The notes: generated by a model from the sequence alone, not told the origin. 64,000 nucleotides of DNA from Planctomycetaceae bacterium (GCA_947449135.1 CANFQO010000002.1:86045-150044); one strand, 5' to 3'; positions 18,798 through 30,022 are shown, counted from the stretch's first letter. Numbers and translations are program-made.

Positions 18798-20417
18798 TCA
18801 TGCGGCTTCCCGGCGAGACGCGATCCGCAGCAATGCGTGCCATGCGGCGAAGATCGCTGCCAAGAGCATGTAGGAAGCCGCGAGCGCGAGCGGACCGCGG
18901 CCGGCCGCCTCGGCGGGAAGCGGCCCAACGTCCCACGGCAGGAAGAGGCGGCCATCGGGGAAGGGGGAGTGGATCACGCCGCAGAGCGTGCAGGCCGCGG
19001 CCGCCATGCACCAGCCTGCGGCCGCCAGCAGCTTCCTGTCGACAAGCGATACCACCATGCCAGCCCAGAGCAGGCTCGTGACGATGAAGCCGGAAGCGAG
19101 GAGCCGGATCGAGAAGAGTTCACGCACCAGAGGTCCCGTCGGCACCGCCCCCGCGGCAAGCAGCTTGTCGGCCTGGATCGACACCAGCGCCGCGAGCGCT
19201 GGGACACAGGCGATCGCCACCGCCGGATAGTGCCGCTGTGGTGTGGCATGGAAACTCTGCGCGGTGATCTCCAGGCCGATGAAGACCAGGATCGGCAGGA
19301 TGGCCGGTCCGGGGATGGCTTGGTAGAGGTAGGCAAACGTGCCGGTGAGCCCGGCGATACCGATGAAGACCGCCGTGGCAAGTGTGTAGGCCGCACGTCC
19401 CCCCATCGCCTTGTAGGCGGGATGGCCGATGTAGGGAGTGGTCTGGATGACGCCGCCACAGGCCCCCGCAAGGATCGTGGCGAATCCTTCGACGGCGATG
19501 ACCTGACCGGTTTCGTATTCATCGCCGGCCGCCGCGGCACTCTCGGTACAGTCGATGCCCCCCACCACCGTGCCGAGCGCGAACGGGATCACGATCGGAA
19601 GATACTTCACGGTGTCCCGCCAGGCCTCCAGCCATTCAAGTTTGAGTGCCGACAGCCATTCCACCGGCCAGAGTGCTGCCTGGGGATCGATGGCGGCATG
19701 CGCGGCGTCGGCAGGAATCCAGCCGCTGGCCGTGCCGATGGCGTGGATCAGGCCGCCGACCAGCAGGGCGGCCAGGGCGCCGGGAATTCGCGCCGGGAAC
19801 GGGATCTGGGCCGTCAGTGCCGCCAGCACGATGCCCAGTGAGGCGAGTCCCACCAGCGGCGAGTCAAAGATTTCCAGGAGCGGCAGAAAAGTGATCAGCG
19901 CCAGAGCGATCGCCGCGAGGCTGCCAAGCAGCCCTGCGCGAGGCACGAGCCTGCGGACGGTTCCAGCGATGCAGCTACAGCAGACCTTGAACACTCCGCT
20001 GGCGACGATCGCACACATACCAATATGCCAGGCGTGGCGGGCGGCGGCCTCACGCTCCATGCCGCCGGCCAGCGACGCCGCATAGGCCGGTCCGAGCACG
20101 AAGAAAACCATCCCGAACGTGCTCGGGGTGTCGAGTCCCAGCGGCATCGCCGTGATGTCTGATCGCCCGGTCCGCCGGGCCAGGCGGAAGGCCATCCAGG
20201 TGAAGATCAGGTCACCGACCACCACCCCCACGGCCGTCCCCGGCACGAAGTGCGAGAGGGCGAACTGGATCGGATAATCGAACACGGTCGCCAGCAGGGA
20301 GACCGCCAGTACCAGGTCGGCGAGATTATCAATGGACAGGCCAAAAAAAGCATTGATGTCGCCAGAGGTCGCCCAACGGTAGGCCGCTGTCTGCCGGGAA
20401 TGTGGGCGTTGTCCCAT
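18798..20417 (-). CDS. NCS2-superfamily-like permease (xanthine/uracil/AzgA-like), substrate unknown
   Basis: Polytopic membrane protein. The segment IQTTPYIGHPAYKAMGGRAAYTLATAVFIGIAGL parallels the GTSSVTAYIESSSGVSVGGRTGLTAVVVG region of AzgA-type permeases as I remember it. ATG 20417 was chosen; ORF-track start 20507 is possible. Confidence 0.5.
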   Translation of the reverse strand: MGQRPHSRQTAAYRWATSGDINAFFGLSIDNLADLVLAVSLLATVFDYPIQFALSHFVPGTAVGVVVGDLIFTWMAFRLARRTGRSDITAMPLGLDTPSTFGMVFFVLGPAYAASLAGGMEREAAARHAWHIGMCAIVASGVFKVCCSCIAGTVRRLVPRAGLLGSLAAIALALITFLPLLEIFDSPLVGLASLGIVLAALTAQIPFPARIPGALAALLVGGLIHAIGTASGWIPADAAHAAIDPQAALWPVEWLSALKLEWLEAWRDTVKYLPIVIPFALGTVVGGIDCTESAAAAGDEYETGQVIAVEGFATILAGACGGVIQTTPYIGHPAYKAMGGRAAYTLATAVFIGIAGLTGTFAYLYQAIPGPAILPILVFIGLEITAQSFHATPQRHYPAVAIACVPALAALVSIQADKLLAAGAVPTGPLVRELFSIRLLASGFIVTSLLWAGMVVSLVDRKLLAAAGWCMAAAACTLCGVIHSPFPDGRLFLPWDVGPLPAEAAGRGPLALAASYMLLAAIFAAWHALLRIASRREAA

Positions 20418-20685
20418 GGGGCCTTGTCCGTGTTGGAGGGGTGCTGTGCCACAGATGCTGCGAGAATCGTGGTGCCGGAATGTCGAAAGATGGGCCAAAA
20501 AAGTCAAATCCGCCCGCGGCAGACCGATACCACGAAAGCCCGAGAGGGCGAGGCAGGATTTCCCCGCACCCCCGAGATGGTGGCTATACTCGGGCGTGGG
20601 CGGTCTGCCTCCCAGGGGGTCGCCGAGCGATCTTACGACGATCTTTTTTTCCGCGAACCCTTCCCGCTGTGCCCGCGTAGGACAG

Positions 20686-21369
20686 ATGGATTTGCACGAG
20701 TCCCACCCCAGTTCAGGGCACGACGACCGGTCCGGCGGCGGTTCGGTTGTCGAGCCGTTGACGCAACCTTTGGTTCCTGGAGCGGGGCTGACCGATGAGG
20801 AACTGATTCGGCGTGTTTGTGCAGGAGACGATGCGGCCGCATTCGAGTCGCTCGTTCACCGGTACGAACACGAATTGTTTAGCTACCTCCGTCGCTACCT
20901 CGGCAGCGCGGAGATGGCGGAGGATGTGTTTCAGGCCACGTTTCTGCAGGTTCACCTGAAGCGGGAGAATTTCGAGGATGGCCGGAGGTTTCGCCCCTGG
21001 CTCTACACGATCGCCACCAACCAAGCCATCGATGCCCAACGTCGTAATCGTCGCCACCGGATGGTGAGCCTCGATCAACGCACCGGCGGGGATGGCGACG
21101 TCGGTTCGCTCGTGGAGATGCTGTCGGGACGCGATTCGACGGCGGGCCAAAAGCTGGAGGAAGAGGAGGCGAAAAACTGGGTGCGAGCGGCGGTCGAGGA
21201 ACTCCCCGACCCACTGAAGAGCGCCCTGATTCTCGTCTACAACCAGGGTATGAAGTATCGCGAGGCGGCGGATGCGCTGGGGATTCCGGTGGGAACCGTG
21301 AAAAGCCGGTTGCACGCCGCCCTGCTCAAACTGAACGAGTCATGGCAGGCAAGCGGCCATGAGCGTTGA
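20686..21369 (+). CDS. ECF-type RNA polymerase sigma-70 factor
   Basis: Region 2 (FSYLRRYLGSAEMAEDVFQATFLQV ... RPWLYTIATNQAIDAQRR) and region 4 (LKSALILVYNQGMKYREAADALGIPVGTVKSRLHAALLKL). ATG 20686. ORF-track start 20416 runs into the divergent permease start. Confidence 0.85.
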   Translation: MDLHESHPSSGHDDRSGGGSVVEPLTQPLVPGAGLTDEELIRRVCAGDDAAAFESLVHRYEHELFSYLRRYLGSAEMAEDVFQATFLQVHLKRENFEDGRRFRPWLYTIATNQAIDAQRRNRRHRMVSLDQRTGGDGDVGSLVEMLSGRDSTAGQKLEEEEAKNWVRAAVEELPDPLKSALILVYNQGMKYREAADALGIPVGTVKSRLHAALLKLNESWQASGHER

Positions 21370-21461
21370 ACGAGGACAAGACCGACAGACGATGAACGAT
21401 GAGTGCTTTCAACGAACCTGACGCCCCACCGATGGTTCGTCGCCAATCACGACTGATGTGA

Positions 21462-22454
21462 GTGTTTTCTATGCGAGAAGATCTTGTCGGCCACCTCCTG
21501 GGGGCTCTCGAGCCGTCCGAATCGAAGGCAATTGAACTGGCCCTTGCTGATCCGGATCGTGGACCGCAACTGAGTCGCGATCTGGAGAAGTTGCGGTTGG
21601 CGCTCGAGCCGTTGGCAGGGGACCGTGATGTACTGCCGGCGCCATCCGGCCTGGCTGGCCGGACGATGCGGTTCATCGTGGAGCAGGAGGCTGCTGTCCG
21701 GATTCAAGACAGCCGGCCGCTGCCGATGCCGCGGGGGATGTCCGCTGAAGACGCACTGCCGCGAGGCCGTGGCGCCCGCGGCTGGATCGATCGCGTCATC
21801 ATCGCCGCTTCGGCGCTCGCAGCGTGTGTGCTCGTGGCGCCGCTGCTGCTCGACTCGATCTCGCAGGCCCGCGCCCGGCGGGCGGAACGGAATCTCTTGA
21901 AAACGTCGGGGGCGCTCCAAGGCTATGCCGATGCCCACCGCGTCTTCCCCACCCCGCCTAGCACCGGGCCATTATCTCGGGCCGGCCTGTATGCCCCCAC
22001 GCTTGTTTCCGAGCAGCGGCTCGTGGCTGACGATGGCACGCTTGTCTGTCCCGACACGCCGCTCTCCCGGAGCGGCACGTTCCGTGTGCCCACGCTTGAG
22101 GAACTCGAGCGGGCGGTTGGCACTCCGGAGTTCGAGGAGATGGTGCGGACGATGGGGGGCGACTATGGCTATACGCTCGGCCACCGTGACGCTTCCGGCG
22201 AGTTGCAGCCAAATCGCGATCTCAGGCGGACCCATCACCCGCTCATGGCCGACGCCCCGAACGACGGTGGCGAGCGAAGCAGCAACCATCCCGACGGGCT
22301 TCACCACGTGCTCTTCGAAGACGGCCATATCAAGCGATTCGGGCCGTCGGATCTCCACACCGGAGACCACCTCTTCAAGAATCACGACGGCCAAGTCGCC
22401 GCCGGCATCGACGAGGATGACGCGGTCATCGGCGACTCGGAAGACCAGCCGTAG
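21462..22454 (+). CDS. Putative anti-sigma factor with a pseudopilin-like (DUF1559 / H-X9-DG-like) outer domain
   Basis: It lies 92 nt downstream of the ECF sigma gene. It has a short N-terminal cytoplasmic region (LVGHLLGALEPSESKAIELALADP), one TM (VIIAASALAACVLVAPLLL), then SQARARRAERNLLKTSGALQGYADAHRVFP and a C-terminal SNHPDGLHHVLFEDGHIKRF, which resemble the DUF1559 N- and C-terminal motifs. Confidence 0.6.
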   Translation: MFSMREDLVGHLLGALEPSESKAIELALADPDRGPQLSRDLEKLRLALEPLAGDRDVLPAPSGLAGRTMRFIVEQEAAVRIQDSRPLPMPRGMSAEDALPRGRGARGWIDRVIIAASALAACVLVAPLLLDSISQARARRAERNLLKTSGALQGYADAHRVFPTPPSTGPLSRAGLYAPTLVSEQRLVADDGTLVCPDTPLSRSGTFRVPTLEELERAVGTPEFEEMVRTMGGDYGYTLGHRDASGELQPNRDLRRTHHPLMADAPNDGGERSSNHPDGLHHVLFEDGHIKRFGPSDLHTGDHLFKNHDGQVAAGIDEDDAVIGDSEDQP

Positions 22455-22463
22455 CAGTGCGGC

Positions 22464-24560
22464 TTACTTGGCCGCCATTGATTGCTTTGCAGCGGCGGCG
22501 ATCGCCTCGGCGGTGATGCCGAAGTGCTTGTAGAGGGCCGGCGCCGGGCCCGACGCACCGAAGCTCGTCATGCCCACGAAGCGGCCACGCGGGCCGATCC
22601 AGCGATCCCACCCAAAGCCGCAGGCCGCCTCGCACGCGACTCGCGCGGTCACTGCCTGAGGCAGCACGCTTTCCCGATACGCCTCGTCCTGCTCCTCGAA
22701 GAGATCCCAGCTCGGCATGCTCACGACCCTGGCGTGAACGCCCTCCGCGGCGAGTTTCTCGGCGGCTTCAAGGCAGAGAGGCACCTCGCTGCCGGTGCCG
22801 ATCAGGATGCATTGGGGCTTACCGCCGGCGGCGTCCTTCAGCACGTACGCGCCCCTGGCCACACCGGCGGCGGAGCCGTAATTGGCCCGGTCGAGTGTGG
22901 GCAGGTTCTGCCTGGAGAGCACGATCACAGCGGGGCGATCGGCACGTGTGATGACCACGCGATAGGTCTCGGCCACTTCGTTGGCATCGGCTGGTCGAAA
23001 CACGCTCAGCCCCGGCACGGCGCGGGCACTGGCCAGTTGTTCGATCGGCTGGTGTGTCGGGCCGTCTTCGCCCAGACCGATCGAGTCGTGCGTGAGCACG
23101 TAGATCACGCCGAGGTTGCCGATCGCGGAGAGCCGCAGCGCCGGCTTCAGATAGTCGAGGAACACAAAGAACGTGGCGCAGTAAGGCCGCAGGCCGGAGA
23201 GCGCCATGCCATTGCAGGCCGACGCCATGCCATGTTCGCGGATGCCGAAGTGAAGGTTGCGGCCCGAGAAGGAGCCCGGGCCGAAGTCGCCGGCTCCCGG
23301 CACAAGCGTCATCGTCGAGGGCGCCAGGTCGGCAGAGCCACCGAGGAACCACGGCACGGCACCGCTCAGAGCCTGGATCACCTTGCCGCTCGAGACGCGG
23401 CTGGCGAGCCCCTTGGCGTCGGCGGGGAAGCAGGGGATGGCCGACTCCCAGCCGGCAGGAAGCTTGCCCGAGAGGAAGCCAGCCAGTTCCGCGGCCACGC
23501 CGGCGTGCGACTTGGCCTGTTCGGCAACGGTCTGCCGCCAGGCCTCGTGGGCCTTGTGACCGCGAGTTCCCAGCGTCTTGGCAAACTGCTCCGGCACCTC
23601 CGGCGGCACCAGGAACTGCGCATCGACCGGCCAGCCGTAAGACGCTTTGGCCCCCTTGATCTCATCTGCGCCCAAGGGAGCACCATGCGACTCGTGCGAG
23701 CCCGCCTTCTTCGGGGCTCCATAGCCGATCACGCTCTTCACGATGACGAGTGTCGGCTTCTGCTGCTCGTTTTTGAAGGCCTGCAACGCCTGCTTCAGGC
23801 ATTCAGTGTCGTTGGCGTCGGCCACGTGCTCAACGCGCCAGCCCATGCCCTCGAACTTCTTCGCCACGTTCTCGCTGAAGGCGAGATGGGTTTCGCCCTC
23901 GATCGTGATCGAGTTGTCGTCGTAGATCCAGCAGAGATTGGCGAGGCCGAGATGGCCAGCGATGGAAGCGGCCTCGCAGGCCACGCCCTCCATCAGGTCT
24001 CCGTCGCTGCAGAGCACGTAGGTGTCGTAGTCGAAGACGACGTGGCCGGGCGTGTTGTAGTGGGCGGCGAGCCACCGCGATGCCATCGCCATGCCGACGG
24101 AGTTGCCGCAGCCCTGTCCGAGCGGTCCGGTGGTCGTTTCGATGCCAGACGTCATGTGATGCTCGGGATGGCCCGCGCAGACACTGTCGAGTTGGCGAAA
24201 CTTCTTGATCGACTCGAGCGACACGGCCGGCTCGTTGGCGGAGCCACTCCCTGATGCATCATGAGCGGTCCCGCGACGAATGCCCGCCAGATGAATCAGC
24301 GAATAGAGCAGCATCGACGCATGGCCACAGGAGAGCACGAACCGGTCCCGGTTTGGCCAGGCAGGATCGGCCGGGTCGTACCGCAGAAAGTCCTTCCACA
24401 CGGCGTAGGCCACTGGCGCCAGTGCCATCGGCGTGCCAGGATGACCGCTCTTGGCGGCCTCGACCGCGTCCATCGAGAGGGTGCGAATCGTGTCGATCGC
24501 GAGGCGATCGATGTCGGTGGCATGGGGCGGACGGGCCGCTGGGGCTGAAGGTGCAGCCAT
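22464..24560 (-). CDS. tkt: Transketolase
   Basis: SGHPGTPMALAP, GHASMLLYSLIHL, GDGDLMEG and a C-terminal transketolase domain. 698 aa from ATG 24560; ORF-track start 24686 is rejected. Confidence 0.9.
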   Translation of the reverse strand: MAAPSAPAARPPHATDIDRLAIDTIRTLSMDAVEAAKSGHPGTPMALAPVAYAVWKDFLRYDPADPAWPNRDRFVLSCGHASMLLYSLIHLAGIRRGTAHDASGSGSANEPAVSLESIKKFRQLDSVCAGHPEHHMTSGIETTTGPLGQGCGNSVGMAMASRWLAAHYNTPGHVVFDYDTYVLCSDGDLMEGVACEAASIAGHLGLANLCWIYDDNSITIEGETHLAFSENVAKKFEGMGWRVEHVADANDTECLKQALQAFKNEQQKPTLVIVKSVIGYGAPKKAGSHESHGAPLGADEIKGAKASYGWPVDAQFLVPPEVPEQFAKTLGTRGHKAHEAWRQTVAEQAKSHAGVAAELAGFLSGKLPAGWESAIPCFPADAKGLASRVSSGKVIQALSGAVPWFLGGSADLAPSTMTLVPGAGDFGPGSFSGRNLHFGIREHGMASACNGMALSGLRPYCATFFVFLDYLKPALRLSAIGNLGVIYVLTHDSIGLGEDGPTHQPIEQLASARAVPGLSVFRPADANEVAETYRVVITRADRPAVIVLSRQNLPTLDRANYGSAAGVARGAYVLKDAAGGKPQCILIGTGSEVPLCLEAAEKLAAEGVHARVVSMPSWDLFEEQDEAYRESVLPQAVTARVACEAACGFGWDRWIGPRGRFVGMTSFGASGPAPALYKHFGITAEAIAAAAKQSMAAK

Positions 24561-24642
24561 GGGACGATCTTCTCCAAAGAGCGAGTCGGTGGTACGTGGG
24601 AGGAAGTGTAGAAGCCGGCAGGAACCGCCGTCAACGCGTGCG

Positions 24643-26241
24643 CTACCGCGCCATGTGGAGTCGGTACTCGTCGTCCAGTTCCTCATAGCTTTTCCGGCAG
24701 AGACGGGATAGCGTGTCGGTCTCGACCGTGCCGGTATGGATGCGCACGAGGTATTCCACGAAGGCCTGGCGGTACCTTGCTCGCTGCCCGTTCATGAAGA
24801 AGTCGGCAAGACCGGCGATTTCGCTGTAGATCTGTGGCAGCCGTTCGTTGGCCTGAAAGGCCCGCCGGCCCATCGCGGTGAGCTCCGCCAGCGGCACATG
24901 GAAGCCATCCTCGACCAGCCGTTCCCTCGCCATCGGGGCGCGTCCAGCGTCGCGGCCGCCGATCGTCCAGCCCCACTCGGTCGGCACCATGCTCTCCATG
25001 TAGCAGGCAGCCGCCTCGATCGCCCAGAAGCCACACCGTTCGCCAGCGAGCGTGCTGGTGCGACGTGTCTCGGCGAAGAGTTGGTGGGTGGCCTCATGGT
25101 GTACCGTGGCCGGCTCCTGCCCCTCGCCCGCGAAGAACCAAGCGGTGTTCGTGGGTGTCCAATAGATGCCGAGCGTGCGCACGATGCTGGGCTCGAGCGG
25201 TTCGAGCGACGCGATGTAGTCCTGGCGGTCTGCCGTGAGCTTGGCGACGAACGGATCAAGGGGCTTCGGCCGTCCCCGGCCCTCGAGTCGTCGCTCCCAC
25301 TCCGCTGGCTCATATTGAAATCCCCCAAACACCTGGAGCCAAGCCGTGTGGGCCTCTTCCAAATGCATCGCCAGGTTCGCGGCCGCCTCGGTGCTGGCGG
25401 TCGTGGTGATTTGCCAGTGGTCGGAGGTGAACTTCCAGCCCTGCCTGTCGATGTCGGGGAGCTTGCTCATCGGTGAACGGGAAGGCGGTGTCCGTTCCTG
25501 CTCTTGCTTTTGGCCGCCGGCCTTCGTCCACCGGCCGTTCTCGTAGCGTTCACCTGCCTTGTAGCGTTGTTGCCGGCCGCGTGGCAGCCAACCAAACTCA
25601 GGCGAATATTCCTCACCCTTGTCGAGCCGCCTCGCGGCTTCGGGCCACACCCACTGCTCCCCCCGCTTCACCCAGCCGCCTGCCTCCCGCGCACGCGTGT
25701 GGTCGGGGTCGTCGCGGAGTGCCCGGTAGAGGAGTCTGATCGCCTCGGTCGCGTCATGCTCGAGCAACGGCGGCGTGGAATCGGCGGCCCCGGTCGGGCG
25801 TCGCGACGGCGTCGCCTGCAACTGGCTCGCGGCTACCGCCAGCGCGAAGGTGCCTGCTGCCCTGTCACGACGAGCTGTCAGAAAATCATCCCAGATCGCC
25901 TGCTCGAATGGGGTGTCAATCCAATCGGGCTGCATGGTCTGAGGCGGGACTGGCGGAATCTGCAGGATGTACTGACGGTCAGCTTCTTCCGGCAGTTGCC
26001 AGTCCCGAATGATCGCGGCAAGTGCGTCGTGGCCCCCGATCTGGCAGCGGCGTAGCAGGCCGGCCACGGTGACGGCCCAATCCTTGTCGAGTTGGCTACC
26101 GGTGGCTGCTGCGGAATTCTTGGCGACGACCGACCCTGACGCGACGGCCGGTTCGGCCGCAGGCACTGCCCGCAGAGGTGCGGTCACGACCGCCACTGCC
26201 AGCAGCAGTACGACAGCGCGGCGATGTTCCGGGGAGCGCAT
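24643..26241 (-). CDS. Secreted HExxH protein (DUF1570-like putative metallopeptidase)
   Basis: Signal peptide (AVVLLLAVAVVTAPLRAVPA) and a zincin-like motif VHHEATHQLFAE. The family name is from memory of planctomycete DUF1570 proteins. Confidence 0.5.
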   Translation of the reverse strand: MRSPEHRRAVVLLLAVAVVTAPLRAVPAAEPAVASGSVVAKNSAAATGSQLDKDWAVTVAGLLRRCQIGGHDALAAIIRDWQLPEEADRQYILQIPPVPPQTMQPDWIDTPFEQAIWDDFLTARRDRAAGTFALAVAASQLQATPSRRPTGAADSTPPLLEHDATEAIRLLYRALRDDPDHTRAREAGGWVKRGEQWVWPEAARRLDKGEEYSPEFGWLPRGRQQRYKAGERYENGRWTKAGGQKQEQERTPPSRSPMSKLPDIDRQGWKFTSDHWQITTTASTEAAANLAMHLEEAHTAWLQVFGGFQYEPAEWERRLEGRGRPKPLDPFVAKLTADRQDYIASLEPLEPSIVRTLGIYWTPTNTAWFFAGEGQEPATVHHEATHQLFAETRRTSTLAGERCGFWAIEAAACYMESMVPTEWGWTIGGRDAGRAPMARERLVEDGFHVPLAELTAMGRRAFQANERLPQIYSEIAGLADFFMNGQRARYRQAFVEYLVRIHTGTVETDTLSRLCRKSYEELDDEYRLHMAR

Positions 26242-26253
26242 TTCGGCCGTGGT

Positions 26254-27255
<1,002 letters not shown>

Positions 27256-27368
27256 GGAAAATCTCCTTCGTGAACGGGGAATGAGACAAGATTCTGCCAG
27301 AAATCATGCGGATGGAAAAGGAGCGAGAAGAGAACGATCCCGGCGGCGCAGCACCAGCACGTCTCGGG

Positions 27369-28553
27369 TCACCGGCGGATGACGCTGCGAAGCAGCCACA
27401 GGCCCCAGAGGGTGATGAGCACGTTACCCATCCAGACGGCCGGGGCGGGCAGCGAGCCCGACTTCACGCGGGAGACTCCCAGCATGACCACCGGGTAGTA
27501 GACAATCAGGATCGGCAGGAAACAGAGAAAGAAGCTGGTGAGGAAGTCGGCATTTCGCATTCGGATCGCCATCGGTGCACCCACCAGTACAAAGCACAGG
27601 CAGCTGAAGCCATTGGCCCACCGCCGCCAGGGCTCCATGATGATGCGGGTGAGCCGGGACTTCGCCCACGTGGCCTGCTGCCGGTCGATTTCGACGGCAG
27701 CCGGCACCGTCTGTTCCACGTGGCCGGTAACGATCCCCATGGCGATCTTTCCCGACGCCACCTGTTCGAACTGATCGATTGTCGCCAGCTGTTCGGTGCG
27801 GGCCTTTTGGAAATCGGCCATGGCGATTTCGGAGGGGCTTGTCGAGGTGCTGCCTTTCCGGCTGACGGCATCGAGCGGCACGACCCGTTCGATCGTGTCG
27901 GGAAACACTGCCTTCACGTCGCCTACGTGCACGGTGCCGTCGCGGCACGTGATCGTCAGCGTGCCGGCGGTGGCGTCGGCACGGAGGGATGCCTCTGCAG
28001 CCGATACCGTTACGGGCGGGCTGGAGCCGCCCGGCTGGAAAGAGAGGGTCGGGCGGAGGAGCCGTCGGCCATCGACGCCCTTCACGTTGATCGAAAGCTG
28101 CGACGTGCTGTACGAACGCTGCTGGCGAAGCCGGCCGTAGATGATGTCCTCCACGCTGCTGATGACTACCCGTCGGACGCCGTCGCGGCCCCACGACACG
28201 GCGATGTCATTGAGCCATACCGACACGAGACTCACCACAACGGCCAGCATGGCTGCCGGCCAGATCACGGCCATGGGCGTGATGCCAGCGGCCTTGAGCG
28301 CCGTAATTTCATTGGAAGCGGACATCCTGCCGAAGACGCTGGCCACGGCAAAGAGCATCGTGCCCGGTACGGCGAACCGCATCGCCTCTGGCAGCACGTA
28401 GGGAATGAGCGCGAGAATCTGCATCATCCCCAGGCCCTGCTGCTGCGCTTCCTTGACCAGGCCCACAACGAGCATGAAAAGCGTGAGGGCGGAGAGTGCC
28501 ACAAGAAAGACCTGCAGCAGTTCGCTCAGCACGTAGCGGGTAATGATCTTCAC
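27369..28553 (-). CDS. LptF/LptG-family (YjgP/YjgQ) permease
   Basis: The N-terminus MKIITRYVLSELLQVFLVALSALTLFMLV is typical of the family. TM clusters at both ends flank a central soluble domain. Confidence 0.75.
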   Translation of the reverse strand: MKIITRYVLSELLQVFLVALSALTLFMLVVGLVKEAQQQGLGMMQILALIPYVLPEAMRFAVPGTMLFAVASVFGRMSASNEITALKAAGITPMAVIWPAAMLAVVVSLVSVWLNDIAVSWGRDGVRRVVISSVEDIIYGRLRQQRSYSTSQLSINVKGVDGRRLLRPTLSFQPGGSSPPVTVSAAEASLRADATAGTLTITCRDGTVHVGDVKAVFPDTIERVVPLDAVSRKGSTSTSPSEIAMADFQKARTEQLATIDQFEQVASGKIAMGIVTGHVEQTVPAAVEIDRQQATWAKSRLTRIIMEPWRRWANGFSCLCFVLVGAPMAIRMRNADFLTSFFLCFLPILIVYYPVVMLGVSRVKSGSLPAPAVWMGNVLITLWGLWLLRSVIRR

Positions 28554-28591
28554 GGTAGCTCCTCGAGGTGCCTCGATCGGAAGGCGAGGAC

Positions 28592-30022
28592 TCAGGCAGG
28601 ATCGTGTGGCGCGGGGGGCGCATGGCCGGAGGTGCGGATCGTTTCGTCGCTCCGCGACGCCTCGATGGCATGCGTATGGATCGCGATGGCCTCGGCCGCC
28701 GCCGTCACCGCCTCGTGGAATGATCCGGCAGCGGACTGCTGCCGCGCCCGGGCCACGATCGACAGCGTGCGGTCGCGGTCGGGGGGCGGCAGGTGCTCGG
28801 CTGAGTGTTCGACGCTCGCCAGAATTCTCTCCATCAGTTGTTCGGTTGGGGTGCAGTCGTCGTGCCGGTAGGGCCCCTTGCCGAGGAACTCACCCGGGTT
28901 GAGCATCCGTCCCCGCGAAGGTCTGACAAGAAATCCGGAGAAGGCAAACAGCAGCGCGGCGATCGCTGCCATCAGGGCCGCTATGCTTCCGAACAGGCAG
29001 ATCGCCCACACGGTCTCCGAAGCCAGGCACGCCTCCTTGGTGAGCATGCTCTGTGGATTGAACATCAGCGCTGCCAGCAGGCAGGCGCCTGCGACCGCCA
29101 AGGCTATCCAGGACTGGTGAGCCTGCCGTTGGTTTGTGGTGGCATCCTCGCTGAGCGGCCACGCTTCGTTCATGCGAGAGGTTTTCGAGGCCTCCTCCTC
29201 GCCCGCCCGGGCGACGACCACGGTGACGTTGTCCGGAGCGCCCCGCACCAGCGCGAGGCCGATCAGCGCTGACGTCGCCTCCTGCGGTTCCAGTTCGGCA
29301 GCGAGCAGACCGATCTCATTGTCGGCAACCTGTCCTGAGAGACCGTCGCTGCACAGCAGGAACACGTCGCCCGCGTTCACCGGGAATGGCCCCTCCAGAT
29401 CAACCTCGACTGTCGGGTGCGGTCCCATCGAACGCGTGATGATGTTTTTCGGCGCGGCTTCGGCAGCCTGTTCGCGGGACATGCCTCCGGCGGATTCCAA
29501 TTCCCAGACGAGCGAATGATCTCGGGACAACTGCTCGATTTTGCGGCCCCTGATGCGGTAGCAGCGGCTGTCGCCGATATGGCCGACGATCGCGCCGCGT
29601 GGGAGCAGCACGAGCGTCGTGCAGGTCGTGCCCATCCCCCGGAATTCGAAGCCACTCTCACCCTTGGCGTTGATCTCGGCGTTGACCTGCTCGAGGCTCA
29701 GCCGGAGGGCAAGCGGCGGGGAGAACTGGGAGCGTTCCTCGTAGATCTTCGGTACGCGGTCGGCTGCCATAGCACTGGCCAACTCACCTGCGGCATGGGC
29801 CCCCATGCCGTCGGCCACCATGAAAAACCAGCCACGCAGGCGGAATTGCGTCGGGTTCGCCGGCAGCACGGCCTTGGCGTCTTGGTTGCTCGAGCGGCGG
29901 CAACCGATGTCGGTGCGGTCGCAATAGACCAGACTCGTGACTTTTCCCACGCGTCGACATGCCTCGGGCGGGTGGCGGAAAAGAGCGAAGTCTAGCCGGA
30001 TGGCGCGGCCCGGGCGAGACAT
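28592..30022 (-). CDS. PP2C-family Ser/Thr phosphatase with C-terminal TM segments and tail
   Basis: PPM motifs RSSNQDA, FMVADGMGAHAAGELAS, GDSRCY, LLCSDGLS and DNVTVVV, followed by two hydrophobic segments and a ~115-aa tail. The start is uncertain (ATG 30022, or an internal GTG near 29947). Confidence 0.8.
   Translation of the reverse strand: MSRPGRAIRLDFALFRHPPEACRRVGKVTSLVYCDRTDIGCRRSSNQDAKAVLPANPTQFRLRGWFFMVADGMGAHAAGELASAMAADRVPKIYEERSQFSPPLALRLSLEQVNAEINAKGESGFEFRGMGTTCTTLVLLPRGAIVGHIGDSRCYRIRGRKIEQLSRDHSLVWELESAGGMSREQAAEAAPKNIITRSMGPHPTVEVDLEGPFPVNAGDVFLLCSDGLSGQVADNEIGLLAAELEPQEATSALIGLALVRGAPDNVTVVVARAGEEEASKTSRMNEAWPLSEDATTNQRQAHQSWIALAVAGACLLAALMFNPQSMLTKEACLASETVWAICLFGSIAALMAAIAALLFAFSGFLVRPSRGRMLNPGEFLGKGPYRHDDCTPTEQLMERILASVEHSAEHLPPPDRDRTLSIVARARQQSAAGSFHEAVTAAAEAIAIHTHAIEASRSDETIRTSGHAPPAPHDPA

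Noticed and set aside
20618-20652. T7 run preceded by CGATCTT-ACGA-CGATCTT, considered as an intrinsic terminator upstream of the ECF sigma gene
   Set aside because: The two CGATCTT units are direct repeats, not inverted, so no stem can form. The segment is more likely part of the divergent promoter region.
22482-24254. 590-aa plus-strand ORF opposite transketolase
   Set aside because: Same reasoning: it is antisense to a securely identified tkt gene, has an Arg/Gly/Ala-rich translation and carries no motifs.
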